Source of the DNA: Macrostomum lignano
Lineage: Eukaryota
Length of the DNA: 64,000 nt
Direction: 5' to 3'
NCBI GenBank assembly: GCA_002269645.1
Contig: NIVC01003331.1
Span: forward strand, 5,269-69,268
Shown: piece after piece, positions 1 to 14,959 of the stretch
Numbering within the stretch: position 1 is the first letter of the stretch
Layout: every line of letters begins with the position of its first letter
Notes under the pieces: model-generated
The model's database searches: none
Told to the model about the DNA's origin: nothing
What the model saw: the letters and a program-made list of their open reading frames with translations, nothing else
Position numbers and translations under genes: made by a program

Positions 1-3000
1 TTTTTACATGACGCTTCTATGATTTTTACATGACGCTTCTATGATTGTTTACATGACGCTTCTATGATTTTTTACATGACGCTTCTATGATTGTTTACAT
101 GACGCTTCTATGATTGTTTACATGACGCTTCTATGATTTTTACATGACGCTTCTATGATTTTACATGACGCTTCTATGATTGTTTATATGACGCTTCTAT
201 GATTTTTACATGACGCTTCTATGATTTTTTACATGACGCTTCTATGATTGTTTACATGACGCTTCTATGATTTTTATATGACGCTTCTATGATTTTTACA
301 TGACGCTTCTTGATTGTTTACATGACGCTTCTATGATTTTTACATGACGCTTCTATGATATTTTTATATGACGCTTCTATGATTTTTACATGACGCTTCT
401 ATGATTTTTTACATGACGCTTCTATGATTGTTTACATGACGCTTCTATGATTGTTTACATGACGCTTCTATGATTTTTTACATGACGCTTCTATGATTTT
501 TTACATGACGCTTCTATGATTTTTACATGACGCTTCTATGATTGTTATACATGACGCTTCTATGATTGTTTACATGACGCTTCTATGATTGTTACATGAC
601 GCTTCTATGATTGTTTACATGACGCTTCTATGATTTTTACATGACGCTTCTATGATTTTTTACATGACGCTTCTATGATTTTTACATGACGCTTCTATGA
701 TTGTTTACATGACGCTTCTATGATTGTTTACATGACGCTTCTATGATTTTTACATGACGCTTCTATGATTGTTTACATGACGCTTCTATGATTTTTTACA
801 TGACGCTTCTATGATTTTTTATATGACGCTTCTATGATTGTTTACATGACGCTTCTATGATTTTTACATGACGCTTCTATGATTTTTTACATGACGCTTC
901 TATGATTTTTACATGACGCTTCTATGATTTTTACATGACGCTTCTATGATTTTTACATGACGCTTCTATGATTGTTTACATGACGCTTCTATGATTTTTA
1001 CATGACGCTTCTATGATTTTTTACATGACGCTTCTATGATTGTTTACATGACGCTTCTATGATTTTTATATGACGCTTCTATGAATTTTTTACATGACGC
1101 TTCTATTGATTGTTTACATGACGCTTCTATGATTTTTACATGACGCTTCTATGATTTTTATATGACGCTTCAATGATTGTTTTACATGACGCTTCTATGA
1201 TTTTTATATGACGCTTCTATGATTGTTTACATGACGCTTCTATGATTGTTTACATGACGCTTCTATGATTTTTACATGACGCTTCTATGATTTTTAATGA
1301 CGCTTCTATGATTTTTATATGACGCTTCTAGATGTTTTTACATGACGCTTCTATGATTTTTACATGACGCTTCTATGATTTTTTACATGACGCTTCTATG
1401 ATTTTTACATGACGCTTCTATGATTTTTTACATGACGCTTCTATGATTTTTACATGACGCTTCTATGATTTTTACATGACGCTTCTATGATTTTTTACAT
1501 GACGCTTCTATGATTTTTTTACATGACGCTTCTATGATTGTTTACATGACGCTTCTATGATTTTACATGACGCTTCTATGATTTTTACATGACACTTCTA
1601 GATTGTTTACATGACGCTTCTATGATTGTTTACATGACGCTTCTATGATTGTTTACATGACGCTTCTATGATTTTACATGACGCTTCTATGATTGTTTAC
1701 ATGACGCTTCTATGATTTTTACATGACGCTTCTATGATTTTTTAACATGACGCTTCTATGATTTTGCATGACGCTTCTATGATTGTTTACATGACGCTTC
1801 TATGATTGTTTACATGACGCTTCTATGATTTTTACATGACGCTTCTATGATTTTTACATGACGCTTCTATGATTTTTACATGACGCTTCTATGATTTTTT
1901 ACATGACGCTTCTATGATTTTTTAAATGACGCTTCTATGATTTTTGCATGACGCTTCTATGATTGTTATTATGACGCTTCTACGATTTTTTACATGACGC
2001 TTCTATGATTTTTATATGACGCTTCTACGATTTTTTACATGACGCTTCTATGATTGTTTACATGACGCTTCTATGATTTTTACATGACGCTTCTATGATT
2101 TTTTACATGACGCTTCTATGATTGTTTACATGACGCTTTCTATGATTTTACATGACGCTTCTATGATTTTTATATGACGCTTCATGATTTTTTACATGAC
2201 GCTTCTATGATTTTTATATGACGCTTCTATGATTGTTTACATGACTTCTATGATTGTTTACATGACGCTTCTATGATTTTTTACATGACGCTTCTATGAT
2301 TTTTTAATGACGCTTCTATGATTTTTATATGACGCTTCTATGATTTTTTACATGACGCTTCTATGATTTTTACATGACGCTTCTATGATTTTTTACATGA
2401 CGCTTCTATGATTGTTTACATGACGCTTCTATGATTTTTATATGACGCTTCTATGATTTTTACATGACGCTTCTATGATTGTTTTACATGACGCTTCTAT
2501 GATTGTTTACATGACGCTTCTATGATTGTTATTATGACGCTTCTACGATTTTTTACATGACGCTTCTATGATTTTTATATGACGCTTCTACGATTTTTTA
2601 CATGACGCTTCTATGATTTTTTACATGACGCTTCTCTGATTTTTTTAATGACGCTTCTATGATTGTTTACATGACGCTTCTATGATTGTTTACATGACGC
2701 TTCTATGATTTTTACATGACGCTTCTATGATTTTTTTAATGACGCTTCTATGATTTTTATATGACGCTTCTACGATTTTTTACATGACGCTTCTATGATT
2801 TTTATATAACGCTTCTACGATTTTTTACATGACGCTTCTATGATTTTTTACATGACGCTTCTCTGATTTTTTTAATGACGCTTCTATGATTGTTTACATG
2901 ACGCTTCTGATTAATGACGTTTTACATGACTTCTACGATTGTTTACATGACGCTTCTATGATTGTTACATGACGCTTCTATGATTGTTTACATGACGCTT

Positions 3001-6000
3001 CTATGATTGTTAACATGACGCTTCTATGATTGTTTACATGACGCTTCTATGATTTTTATATGACGCTTCTATGATTTTTTAAATGACGCTTCTATGATTT
3101 TTTACATGACGCTTCTATGATTTTTTACATGACGCTTCTATGATTGTTTACATGACGCTTCTATGATTTTTACATGACGCTTCTATGATTGTTTACATGA
3201 CGCTTTTATGATTTTTATATGACGCTTCTATGATTTTTTACATGACGCTTCATGATTGTTTACACGACGCTTCTATGATTTTTACATGACGCTTCAATGA
3301 TTGTTATTATGACGCTTCTACGATTTTTTACATGACGCTTCTATGATTTTTATATAACGCTTCTACGATTTTTTACATGACGCTTCTATGATTTTTTACA
3401 TGACGCTTCTCTGATTTTTTTAATGACGCTTCTATGATTGTTTACATGACGCTTCTATGATTGTTTACATGACGCTTCTATGATTTTTTACATGACGCTT
3501 CTATGATTGTTTACATGACGCTTCTATGATTTTTTTAATGACGCTTCTATGATTTTTACATGACGCTTCTATGATTGTTTACATGACGCTTCTATGATTT
3601 TTATATGACGCTTCTATGATTGTTTACATGACGCTTCTATGATTTTTATATGACGCTTCTATGATTTTTTACATGACGCTTCTATGATTTTTTACATGAC
3701 GCTTTTATGATTTTTTTATATGACGCTTCTATGATTGTTTACATGACGCTTCTATGATTGTTTACATGACGCTTCTATGATTTTTATATGACGCTTCTAT
3801 GATTGTTTACATGACGCTTCTATGATTTTTATATGACGCTTCTATGATTTTTACATGACGCTTCTATGATTGTTTACATGACGCTTCTATGATCTTTACA
3901 TGACGCTTCTATGATTTTTATATGACGCTTCAATGATTGTTTACATGACGCTTCTATGATTTTTATATGACGCTTCTATGATTGTTTACATGACGCTTCT
4001 ATGATTTTTATTTGACGCTTCTATGATTTTTTACATGACGCTTCTATGATTTTTTACATGACGCTTCTATGATTTTTATATGACGCTTCTATGATTGTTT
4101 ACATGACGCTTCTATGATTGTTATTATGACGCTTCTACGATTTTTTACATGACGCTTCTATGATTTTTATATAACGCTTCTACGATTTTTTACATGACGC
4201 TTCTATCTTGATTTTTACATGACGCTTCTATGATTTTTTACATGGCATTTCTATGATTTTTTACATGACGCTTCTATGATTGTTTACATGACGCTTCTAT
4301 GATTGTTTACATGACGCTTCTATGATTGTTTACATGACGCTTCTATGATTGTTTACATGACGCTTCTATGATTTTTATATGACGCTTCTATGATTTTTTA
4401 CATGACGCTTCTATGATTGTTTACATGACGCTTCTCTGATTTTTTACATGACACTTCTACGATTGTTTACATGACGCTTCTATGATTGTTTACATGACGC
4501 TTCTATGATTGTTTACATGACGCTTCTATGATTGTTAACATGACGCTTCTATGATTGTTTATATGACGCTTCTATGATTTTTTACATGACGCTTCTATGA
4601 TTTTTTACATGACGCTTCTATGATTGTTTACATGACGCTTCTATGATTTTTATATGACGCTTCTATGATTTTTTACATGACGCTTCTTTGATTGTTTACA
4701 TGACGCTTCTATGATCTTTACATGACGCTTCTATGATTTTTATATGACGCTTCAATGATTGTTTACATGACGCTTCTATGATTTTTATATGACGCTTCTA
4801 TGATTGTTTACATGACGCTTCTATGATTGTTTACATGACGCTTCTATGATTGTTAACATGACGCTTCTATGATTTTTTACATGACACTTCTACGATTGTT
4901 TACATGACGCTTCTATGATTGTTAACATGACGCTTCTATGATTGTTTACATGACGCTTCTATGATTGTTAACATGACGCTTCTATGATTGTTTACATGAC
5001 GCTTCTATGATTTTTATATGACGCTTCTATGATTTTTTAAATGACGCTTCTATGATTTTTGCATGACGCTTCTATGATTGTTTACATGACGCTTCTATGA
5101 TTGTTTACATGACGCTTCTATGATTTTTATATGACGCTTCTATGATTGTTTACATGACGCTTCTATGATTTTTTACATGACGCTTTTATGATTTTTTTAT
5201 ATGACGCTTCTATGATTGTTTACATGACGCTTCTATGATTGTTTACATGACGCTTCTATGATTGTTATTATGACGCTTCTACGATTTTTTACATGACGCT
5301 TCTATGATTTTTATATAACGCTTCTACGATTTTTTACATGACGCTTCTATGATTGTTTACATGACGCTTCTATGATTTTTATATAACGCTTCTACGATTT
5401 TTTACATGACGCTTCTATGATTGTTTACATGACGCTTCTATGATTTTTATATGACGCTTCTATGATTTTTACATGACGCTTCTATGATTGTTTACATGAC
5501 GCTTCTATGATCTTTACATGACGCTTCTATGATTTTTATATGACGCTTCAATGATTGTTTACATGACGCTTCTATGATTTTTATATGACGCTTCTATGAT
5601 TGTTTACATGACGCTTCTATGATTGTTTACATGACGCTTCTATGATTTTTTACATGACGCTTCTATGATTTTTTTAATGACGCTTCTATGATTTTTATAT
5701 GACGCTTCTACGATTTTTTACATGACGCTTCTATGATTTTTATATAACGCTTCTACGATTTTTTACATGACGCTTCTATGATTTTTTACATGACGCTTCT
5801 CTGATTTTTTTAATGACGCTTCTATGATTGTTTACATGACGCTTCTATGATTTTTTACATGACGCTTCTCTGATTTTTTTAATGACGCTTCTATGATTGT
5901 TTACATGACGCTTCTATGATTGTTTACATGACGCTTCTATGATTTTTTTACATGACGCTTCTATGATTTTTTACATGACGCTTCTATGATTGTTTACATG

Positions 6001-9000
6001 ACGCTTCTATGATTGTTAACATGACGCTTCTATGATTGTTTTACATGACGCTTCTATGATTGTTAACATGACGCTTCTATGATTGTTTACATGACGCTTC
6101 TATGATTTTTACATGACGCTTCTATGATTGTTTACATGACGCTTCTATGATTGTTTGCATGACGCTTCTATGATTTTTAATGACGCTTCTATGATTTTTT
6201 GCATGACGCTTCTATGATTTTTATATGACGCTTCTATGATTGTTTACATGACGCTTCTATGATTTTTACATGACGCTTCTATGATTTTTATATGACGCTT
6301 CTATGATTTTTTACATGACGCTTCTATGATTGTTTACATGACGCTTCTATGATTGTTTTATGACGCTTCTATGATTGTTTACATGACGCTTCTATGATTT
6401 TTAATGACGCTTCTATGATTTTTTACATGACGCTTCTATGATTTTTACATGACGCTTCTATGATTTTTATATGACGCTTCTATGATTTTTTACATGACGC
6501 TTCTATGATTGTTTACATGACGCTTCTATGATTTTTACATGACGCTTCTATGATTTTTATATGACGCTTCTATGATTGTTTACATGACGCTTCTATGATT
6601 TTTATATGACGCTTCTATGATTGTTTACATGACGCTTCTATGATTGTTTACATGACGCTTCTATGATTTTTATACATGACGCTTCTATGATTTTTACATG
6701 ACGCTTCTATGATTTTTACATGACGCTTCTATGATTTTTTACATGACGCTTCTATGATTTTTAATGACGCTTCTATGATTTTTATACATGACGCTTCTAT
6801 GATTGTTTACATGACGCTTCTATGATTTTTACATGACGCTTCTATGATTTTTTACATGACGCTTCTATGATTGTTTACATGACGCTTCTATGATTTTTAC
6901 ATGACGCTTCTATGATTGTTTTACATGACGCTTCTATGATTGTTTACATGACGCTTCTATGATTGTTTATATGACGCTTCTACGATTTTTACATGACGCT
7001 TCTATGATTTTTTACATGACGCTTCTATGATTTTTTAATGACGCTTCTATGATTTTTACATGACGCTTCTATGATTTTTTACATGACGCTTCTATGATTT
7101 TTTTACATGACGCTTCTATGATTTTTACATGACGCTTCTATGATTTTTACATGACGCTTCTATGATTTTTTACATGACGCTTCTATGATTTTTATATGAC
7201 GCTTCTACGATTTTTACATGACGCTTCTATGATTTTTTACATGACGCTTCTATGATTTTTAATGACGCTTCTATGATTTTTACATGACGCTTCTATGATT
7301 TTTTACATGACGCTTCTATGATTTTTTAATGACGCTTCTATGATTGTTTACATGACGCTTCTATGATTTTTACATGACGCTTCTATGATTTTTACATGAC
7401 GCTTCTATGATTGTTTACATGACGCTTCTATGATTGTTTACATGACGCTTCTATGATTGTTTACATGACGCTTCTATGATTGTTTTACATGACGCTTCTA
7501 TGATTTTTATATGACGCTTCTATGATTTTTTAATGACGCTTCTATGATTTTTACATGACGCTTCTATGATTTTTTATGACGCTTCTATGATTTTTTACAT
7601 GACGCTTCTATGATTTTTACATGACGCTTCTATGATTTTTATATGACGCTTCTATGATTTTTTACATGACGCTTCTATGATTTTTTTACATGACGCTTCT
7701 ATGATTTTTTACATGACGCTTCTATGATTTTTTACATGACGCTTCTATGATTTTTTACATGACGCTTCTATGATTTTTTACATGACGCTTCTATGATTTT
7801 TTACATGACGCTTCTATGATTTTTATATGACGCTTCTATGATTTTTACATGACGCTTCTATGATTGTTTACATGACGCTTCTATGATTTTTACATGACGC
7901 TTCTATGATTTTTACATGACGCTTCTATGATTGTTTACATGACGCTTCTATGATTTTTATACATGACGCTTCTATGATTGTTTACATGACGCTTCTATGA
8001 TTTTTACATGACGCTTCTATGATTGTTTACATGACGCTTCTATGATTGTTTACATGACGCTTCTATGATTGTTTACATGACGCTTCTATGATTGTTTACA
8101 TGACGCTTCTATGATTGTTTAATGACGCTTCTATGATTGTTTACATGACGCTTCTATGATTTTTATGACGCTTCTATGATTTTTAATGACGCTTCTATGA
8201 TTTTTACATGACGCTTCTATGATTTTTATATGACGCTTCTATGATTGTTTACATGACGCTTCTATGATTTTTTACATGACGCTTCTATGATTTTTTACAT
8301 GACGCTTCTATGATTTTTTTACATGACGCTTCTATGATTTTTCATGACGCTTCTATGATTTTTACATGACGCTTCTATGATTGTTTATGACGCTTCTATG
8401 ATTGTTTACATGACGCTTCTATGATTGTTTTACATGACGCTTCTATGATTGTTTACATGACGCTTCTATGATTTTTATATGACGCTTCTATGATTTTTTA
8501 CATGACGCTTCTATGATTGTTTACATGACGCTTCTATGATTTTTACATGACGCTTCTATGATTTTTATATGACGCTTCTATGATTGTTTACATGACGCTT
8601 CTATGATTTTTATATGACGCTTCTATGATTTTTTACATGACGCTTCTATGATTGTTTACATGACGCTTCTATGATTGTTTACATGACGCTTCTATGATTG
8701 TTTTATGACGCTTCTATGATTTTTACATGACGCTTCTATGATTTTTTACATGACGCTTCTCTGATTTTTTTAATGACGCTTCTATGATTGTTTACATGAC
8801 GCTTCTATGATTGTTTACATGACGCTTCTATGATTTTTATATGACGCTTCTATGATTTTTACATGACGCTTCTATGATTGTTTACATGACGCTTCTATGA
8901 TTGTTTAACATGACGCTTCTATGATTTTTTACATGACGCTTCTATGATTGTTTACATGACGCTTCTATGATTGTTAACATGACGCTTCTATGATTGTTTA

Positions 9001-10398
9001 CATGACGCTTCTATGATTGTTAACATGACGCTTCTATGATTGTTTACATGACGCTTCTATGATTTTTTACATGACGCTTCTACGATTGTTTACATGACGC
9101 TTCTATGATTGTTTACATGACGCTTCTATGATTGTTTACATGACGCTTCTATGATTGTTTACATGACGCTTCTATGATTGTTTAACATGACGCTTCTAGG
9201 ATTGTTTACATGACGCTTCTATGATTTTTATATGACGCTTCTATGATTTTTATATGACGCTTCTATGATTTTTTACATGACGCTTCTATGATTTTTTACA
9301 TGACGCTTTTATGATTTTTTATATGACGCTTCTATGATTTTTTCCATGACGCTTCTATGATTGTTTACATGACGCTTCTATGATTGTTATTATGACGCTT
9401 CTACGATTTTTTACATGACGCTTCTATGATTTTTATATAACGCTTCTACGATTTTTTACATGACGCTTCTATGATTGTTTACATGACGCTTCTATGATTT
9501 TTATATGACGCTTCTATGATTTTTTACATGACGCTTCTATGATTGTTTACATGACGCTTCTATGATCTTTACATGACGCTTCTATGATTTTTATATGACG
9601 CTTCTATGATTGTTTACATGACGCTTCTATGATTGTTTACATGACGCTTCTATGATTGTTTACATGACGCTTCTATGATTTTTTAATGACGCTTCTATGA
9701 TTTTTATATGACGCTTCTATGATTTTTTACATGACGCTTCTATGATTTTTATATGATGCTTCTATGATTTTTTACATGACGCTTCTATGATTGTTTACAT
9801 GACGCTTTTATGATTTTTATATGACGCTTCTATGATTTTTTACATGACGCTTCTATGATTGTTTACACGACGCTTCTATGATTGTTTACATGACGCTTCT
9901 ATGATTGTTAACATGACGCTTCTATGATTTTTTACATGACGCATCTATGATTTTTATATGACGCTTCTATGATTTTTTAAATGACGCTGCTATGATTTTT
10001 ATATGACGCTTCTATGATTGTTTACATGACGCTTCTATGATTGTTTACATGACGCTTCTATGATTTTTTAAATGACGCATCTATGATTTTTATATGACGC
10101 TACTATGGTTTTTTATATGACGCTTCTATGATTTTTACATGACGCTTCTATGATTGTTAACATGACGCTTCTATGATTTTTTACATGACGCATCTATGAT
10201 TTTTATATGACGCTTCTATGATTTTTTAAATGACGCTTCTATGATTTTTATATGACGCTTCTATGATTGTTTACATGACGCTTCTATGATTGTTTACATG
10301 ACGCTTCTATGATTTTTTAAATGATGCATCTATGATTTTTATATGACGCTACTATGATTTTTTATATGACGCTTCTATGATTTTTACATGACGCTTCT
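1..10398. repeat. 23-bp tandem satellite (consensus ATGACGCTTCTATGATT[G/T]TTTAC), about 450 copies, running off the window start
   Basis: Continuous array. Units vary from 22 to 25 bp mainly through T-run length, and the array ends at ...GACGCTTCTTTTT near 10398. Confidence 0.98.
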
Positions 10399-10799
10399 TT
10401 TTAAAAAGTCTTTTAGTTTTCCTGACGTTGAAAAGCTTTAATTAAAAAAATTATACTCTACGAAAATTCGAACCATCGTCGCTGCATTTAGCAGTTCAGT
10501 TTGTTCACCTCTAGGCTAGCTCTCATCGTTTTGATAACATCAAATTTTGCACTTATATAATTCAAAACTTGAAAATCCAAGCATAGAGTAAATCACACGA
10601 AGCAGTTATGACATAATCAGTTTCTCAGTCAGTCAGTATCAGTTAACAATATGGTTACGCAATTTAAATCAAGTCTGGTGCTACGCTTCCACACTGCATT
10701 TTCAATTCAAGTCGGAGTTACAATTCAGTTATGATGCAATCTATTTCAGAATCAGAATTCAACCAGTCAGTTTTTTCTCTAGCATTCTTACAATGCATT

Positions 10800-11008
10800 T
10801 CAAGTCGAAAAGTTTGCTTGACCTTTGCAAAAAAGCATGTTTTTCGAATATTTAATGCTTTTAGCATCGAGCAATTTCTTAGCCACGATGCATGTACCGT
10901 CACGGGAAAATTTCTGATCGAACAGTGCAAGTTTGAACAAAATCGGTCCAGCCATTTTTTCTCTAATCGATCACATAGACACAGACAGACCATTTTTAGT
11001 ATATAGAT
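10800..11008 (+). mobile_element. Possible 3' end of a non-autonomous Helentron/DINE-like element
   Basis: ...CAAAATCGGTCCAGCCATTTT...ACAGACAGACCATTTTTAGTATATAGAT resembles typical HINE/DINE termini. A similar TTTAGTATATAG end occurs near 13750. Recognition only. Confidence 0.3.
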
Positions 11009-11159
11009 AGAGTGGAACTCCTCCTTCGGAGGAGAAAGGGGAAGAACTCCCATCACCGGAATTCCATTTCCTGAAATATCCATCAACTGAAATTCCATGC
11101 CTTGAACCCTATCTTCCAAATCGTCTCCAAATTCTTTACAAAACCTTTAAAAGACCATA

Positions 11160-12110
11160 GCTCAAAGACTCTCACGTCTATCATATCTCCTCTCTACTCT
11201 CTTCGCTATTATCGTGACTCTCTTCTCTCTTCTCTCTCATATCTTATCTCTACCCCTACTCCCTTATTTATCTCTTCTCCCTCGTCTTTCGTCTGTACCC
11301 TCTCCTGTCTCCTGTCTCCTCTCTTCTCTCTTATCTCTCCCTCTTCTCTTCTCTCTCATATATCATCTCTACTCACTTATCTATCGTCTCTCTTAACCCT
11401 CTCTCTCTCTTCTCTTTTCTCTTCTCTCAGCTCTCATTTCTCATATCTCAAATACGCTCTCACACTCTACTTTCTTGTCTCCCATCTTTCTTTCCTTCTT
11501 TCCACTATCCCCTGTCTCTTCTCTTCTCTCTTTTCTATCCTCTCCATTCTCTCTTTTCTCCTCTCCTTGCTCCTTTCATCTTCTCCCTCTCTTCTCTAAT
11601 CTCTAATCTCTAATCTCTTCTCTCTTATGTTCTCACGCATCTCTTCTCATCGCATCTCTCATCTCTCCTCTCCGCACTACTTTCCTCTCTTAACTCTCTC
11701 ATCTATGATCTTTCATCTCTCTCCTCTCTCCTCTCTCTCTTCTCCTTTCGCTTCTCTCTCCTTTCTCCCCTCTTTTCTCCTCTCTTCTCTCTCCTCTCTC
11801 CCCTGCTCTCTCATCCCTCATCCCCTCATCTCACTCTTTCTTTCTCCTCTACTCTTCCCTCTCTTCTATTTCCTCTGTACGCTCTTATCCCTCATCTATT
11901 CTCTCTCCTATTATCTCTCTTGTATCCCTTTGCTATCTCATATCTCCCCTCTCATCTCCTCTCTCCTCTTCTCTTCTCTCTCCTTCGTTCCCGCCTTACT
12001 CCCCTTTTTTCTCCCATCTGTCATGTCTAATCTCTCCACTCATTTCTACTCTGTTTTCTATCATCTCATCTCTCTTCTCTTTTCATTCTTCTCTTTACTC
12101 TCTTCTCTAA
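11160..12110. repeat. CT-rich polypyrimidine low-complexity tract
   Basis: Almost only C and T on the + strand. The S/L-rich ORFs here are compositional artefacts. Confidence 0.9.
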
Positions 12111-12149
12111 CTGATTGAAGATGCCAAATCCATCAAGATCCTCTCCGCG

Positions 12150-12352
12150 CGAAGCAGAAATCCTGTCCGTGCAACTGAAAACCATCGAAATCCTCTCCGT
12201 GAAACTGGACTCCTTCGAAATCCTCTCCTTGAAACTTAAATCCATCAAAATGGTCTCCATAAAACAGAAATCAATCATAAATTATCTCCACGAAACAGAA
12301 ATTCTCTCCGTCAAAATTAAAACATTGAAATCGTCTCCGCTAAACTGGACTC
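12150..12352. repeat. Degenerate ~30-bp tandem repeat (GAAATCCTCTCCGTGAAACTGGACTCCTTC-like), about 6-7 copies
   Basis: GAAATC(C/G)T(C/G)TCC recurs at ~30-bp spacing. Confidence 0.7.
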
Positions 12353-12396
12353 AATCGAATTTTTTCCGTCAAACAACTCAACTCCGGATTCATTGG

Positions 12397-12424
12397 TTAG
12401 GGTTAGGGTTAGGGTTAGGGTTAG
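12397..12424 (+). repeat. Short interstitial telomeric repeat (TTAGGG)4TTAG
   Basis: Direct read of the sequence. Confidence 0.85.
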
Positions 12425-14260
12425 AACTACGCACAGGTTTGTGTTAAAAGGCACTGATAAGAATATTGAACTAATTGAATCAATTCATTGCGCAACCGAT
12501 TTCACAGTCAGTCAGTACCAGTCTCAGTTAAAGTTAACAAAAACATTGCGCAATCTAAATCAACCCTCCAATACACAGCAGCAGTGAGAAGTTGAACCCT
12601 CCCCCCAACTTTATCTATTACGTCTCGCAAAACTGAGTACAATCTTTGCAGAAAGTTAAAAGTATGGAAATAGTTTTTCAAATGCTGTGCTTTTTCTTTT
12701 CATATTTAAAGCAAACAACTTATATCCCCGAACTCAGCGTTGCAAGATCTTTCCAGCAATATAAGTTTCTCTTCTCAAAGTTTAAAACTCGAGGAACAGT
12801 TAGCGTTTGAAATTTACCGATTTCCCAACTGCTTGCTAGAGAAGCTCGCAAGTTTATTCATTGAAATTCACTGCCCAGCTAATACACAGGGCCGATAATA
12901 AAACCAATTGAATCTCGGCACAGTTCTATCTGTTTACAACAGCTATGTACACTCAGCCCAAGCCCAACCCCCCGTTCCGGGGGAATCATTAAATTTAACT
13001 CAACCCCTCAACTCGCGGGGTTTTATTTGCATTGAACGCAGAACACGCGCACCCACCACCCCTCAATACACAGCGGCCCGCGAGCGGAGGTTGGGGTGGC
13101 TATTTTTACAAACTGGCTGAAGCCCCAGGCAGAGTAGCAAAAGAAGGTTATTGGGGGTCAAAAAGGCAGTTTTCTGCTTTTTTTGAGGATCTTAGAAATT
13201 AAAATTTCAGAATTAAAATAGCCTATAGCCGACCTCGGATAATTTCCAATCTTCCCAACCTTAAAGCAGAAATTAAGGTGCAAGTTTTCCCGTTTCTTAC
13301 TTGCAGAGCGCAATGTACACTCTGTGATGAGTTAAAAAATCAAGCCATCCATTCTCGCGCAGTGTGCACCTCCACCCCTTTTTAACACTGAGCAAGTAGG
13401 CCGCCAATTCTCAAGTGCCGGCGACCCTCCCCCAGCTGAAATGAAATACACTGCAGAGATAGGAGAAAAGTTGTGGCGCAACCATACAAAATAGCGTCAA
13501 GTGGGAAGTCCATGGAATGCGATATATAGACATCTGGTCTGGCTGTCTGGTTTGTGCTGTTTTCTGCTTTTTTGAAGCACTTAAAATTGAAATTTGAAAA
13601 TGAATTTTAAATTGTAGCATCGTCGGGACATTTGACATGTTTTGGTACCGGTTTGAAAGTTGAGTTGCAAGAATCCTAGGAGGAGATCGTCGACAAACCC
13701 GGCCCACCGGCCCACCCTACCACCGGACCACGACGTCAGCTTTAGTATATAGAGGATTCGAAATGCTCTTATAACAGTTATGGTCTAATTTCAGACTGAA
13801 ATTTTGATTGTTGTCACAGTGGAAACAATTCTTTTACTGTGCAACTTGCACATTTAATGACAGGCACAAAGGCAGGTTTATGAGTTCCAGTGGGACAAGA
13901 CATGGCGGTGAATAAAATAAAGTGGAGGCCTTGCTGTGTACACTTTTGGTTTTGCTATGTACACCATTGCATGCTGTTTATTGTAGATCATTGCAGACTG
14001 TTTATTCCTTTACAACAGTTTATTCTGTGTTTATTAGACTGTTTATTCAATGACACAGTTCCAAAGCTACTTTACTTTGTTGCACCAGTTTTAAGAACAA
14101 TTCACAAGCACTTTCTTTTGTGTGACTCTGTTTTTTTTCAAATTGATCCTTGGACATTTTTCTTAACAATTGATAAGCAAAACAGTGCAAAATGACTATG
14201 TGTGATTGCAGTGGTTTGCAGGTTGCTCATTAGTTTAGTTGCACGCTTAGAGTGCTAGGG

Positions 14261-14700
14261 TGCTCATTGATCAAGAATTTCTAGCCAAAGTATATGCTAG
14301 ACTGCCAGAAGTCCAATGGACATATCCGTTAAAAGTCACAATGGTCGTTTAGATAGTTGGGATGGTGCAGGAAGTATAGTCAGTGCAACAAGGAGTCTCA
14401 CATTGCTCATTGGTAAGGCTTGATCAAGAATTTCTAGCCAAAGTATATGCTAGACTGCTAGAAATCCAATGGATACATCCGTTGAAGGTCCCGATAGTTG
14501 TCCAGATGGTCGGGATGGTGCAGGAAGTATAGTGAGTGCGACAGGTAGTGTCATGTTGCTCATTGGTGAGGCTTGATCAAGAATTTCTAGCCAAAGTATA
14601 TGCTAGACTGCTAGAAGTCCAATGGACATATCTGTTGAAGGTCCCAATGGTCATCCAGATGGTCAGGATGGTACAGGAAGTATAGTGAGTGCAATTAGTT
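14261..14700. repeat. 153-bp tandem repeat, about 3 copies
   Basis: GATCAAGAATTTCTAGCCAAAGTATATGCTAGACTG at ~14269, ~14422 and ~14575. Confidence 0.9.
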
Positions 14701-14959
14701 GTAGGATGCTTATTGACAAGATTTCATAATAAATATTTGACCAATTTTTTTTCGGATCTTAAATTCCGATGATGTCAGAATATGCTCATTGAATCTCCTG
14801 ACAATGGTTAACTGTCAGATGCCAGAGACAGCCAAGGGACTCGCCAGCCGCAAATGCACTGGAGCTCAAGTCGGTGAGGGTCAGTTGGTCAGTCGGTAAA
14901 TTATTTATTTATAATTAGTATGTATTCTTAAATCACTTGGCCCTGTGGCAGAACCTAAG

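Noticed and set aside
11102-12278. S/L-rich ORFs of 60-165 aa
   Set aside because: They are translations of a CT-rich low-complexity tract. The same applies to 35337-35736 and 52001-52284.
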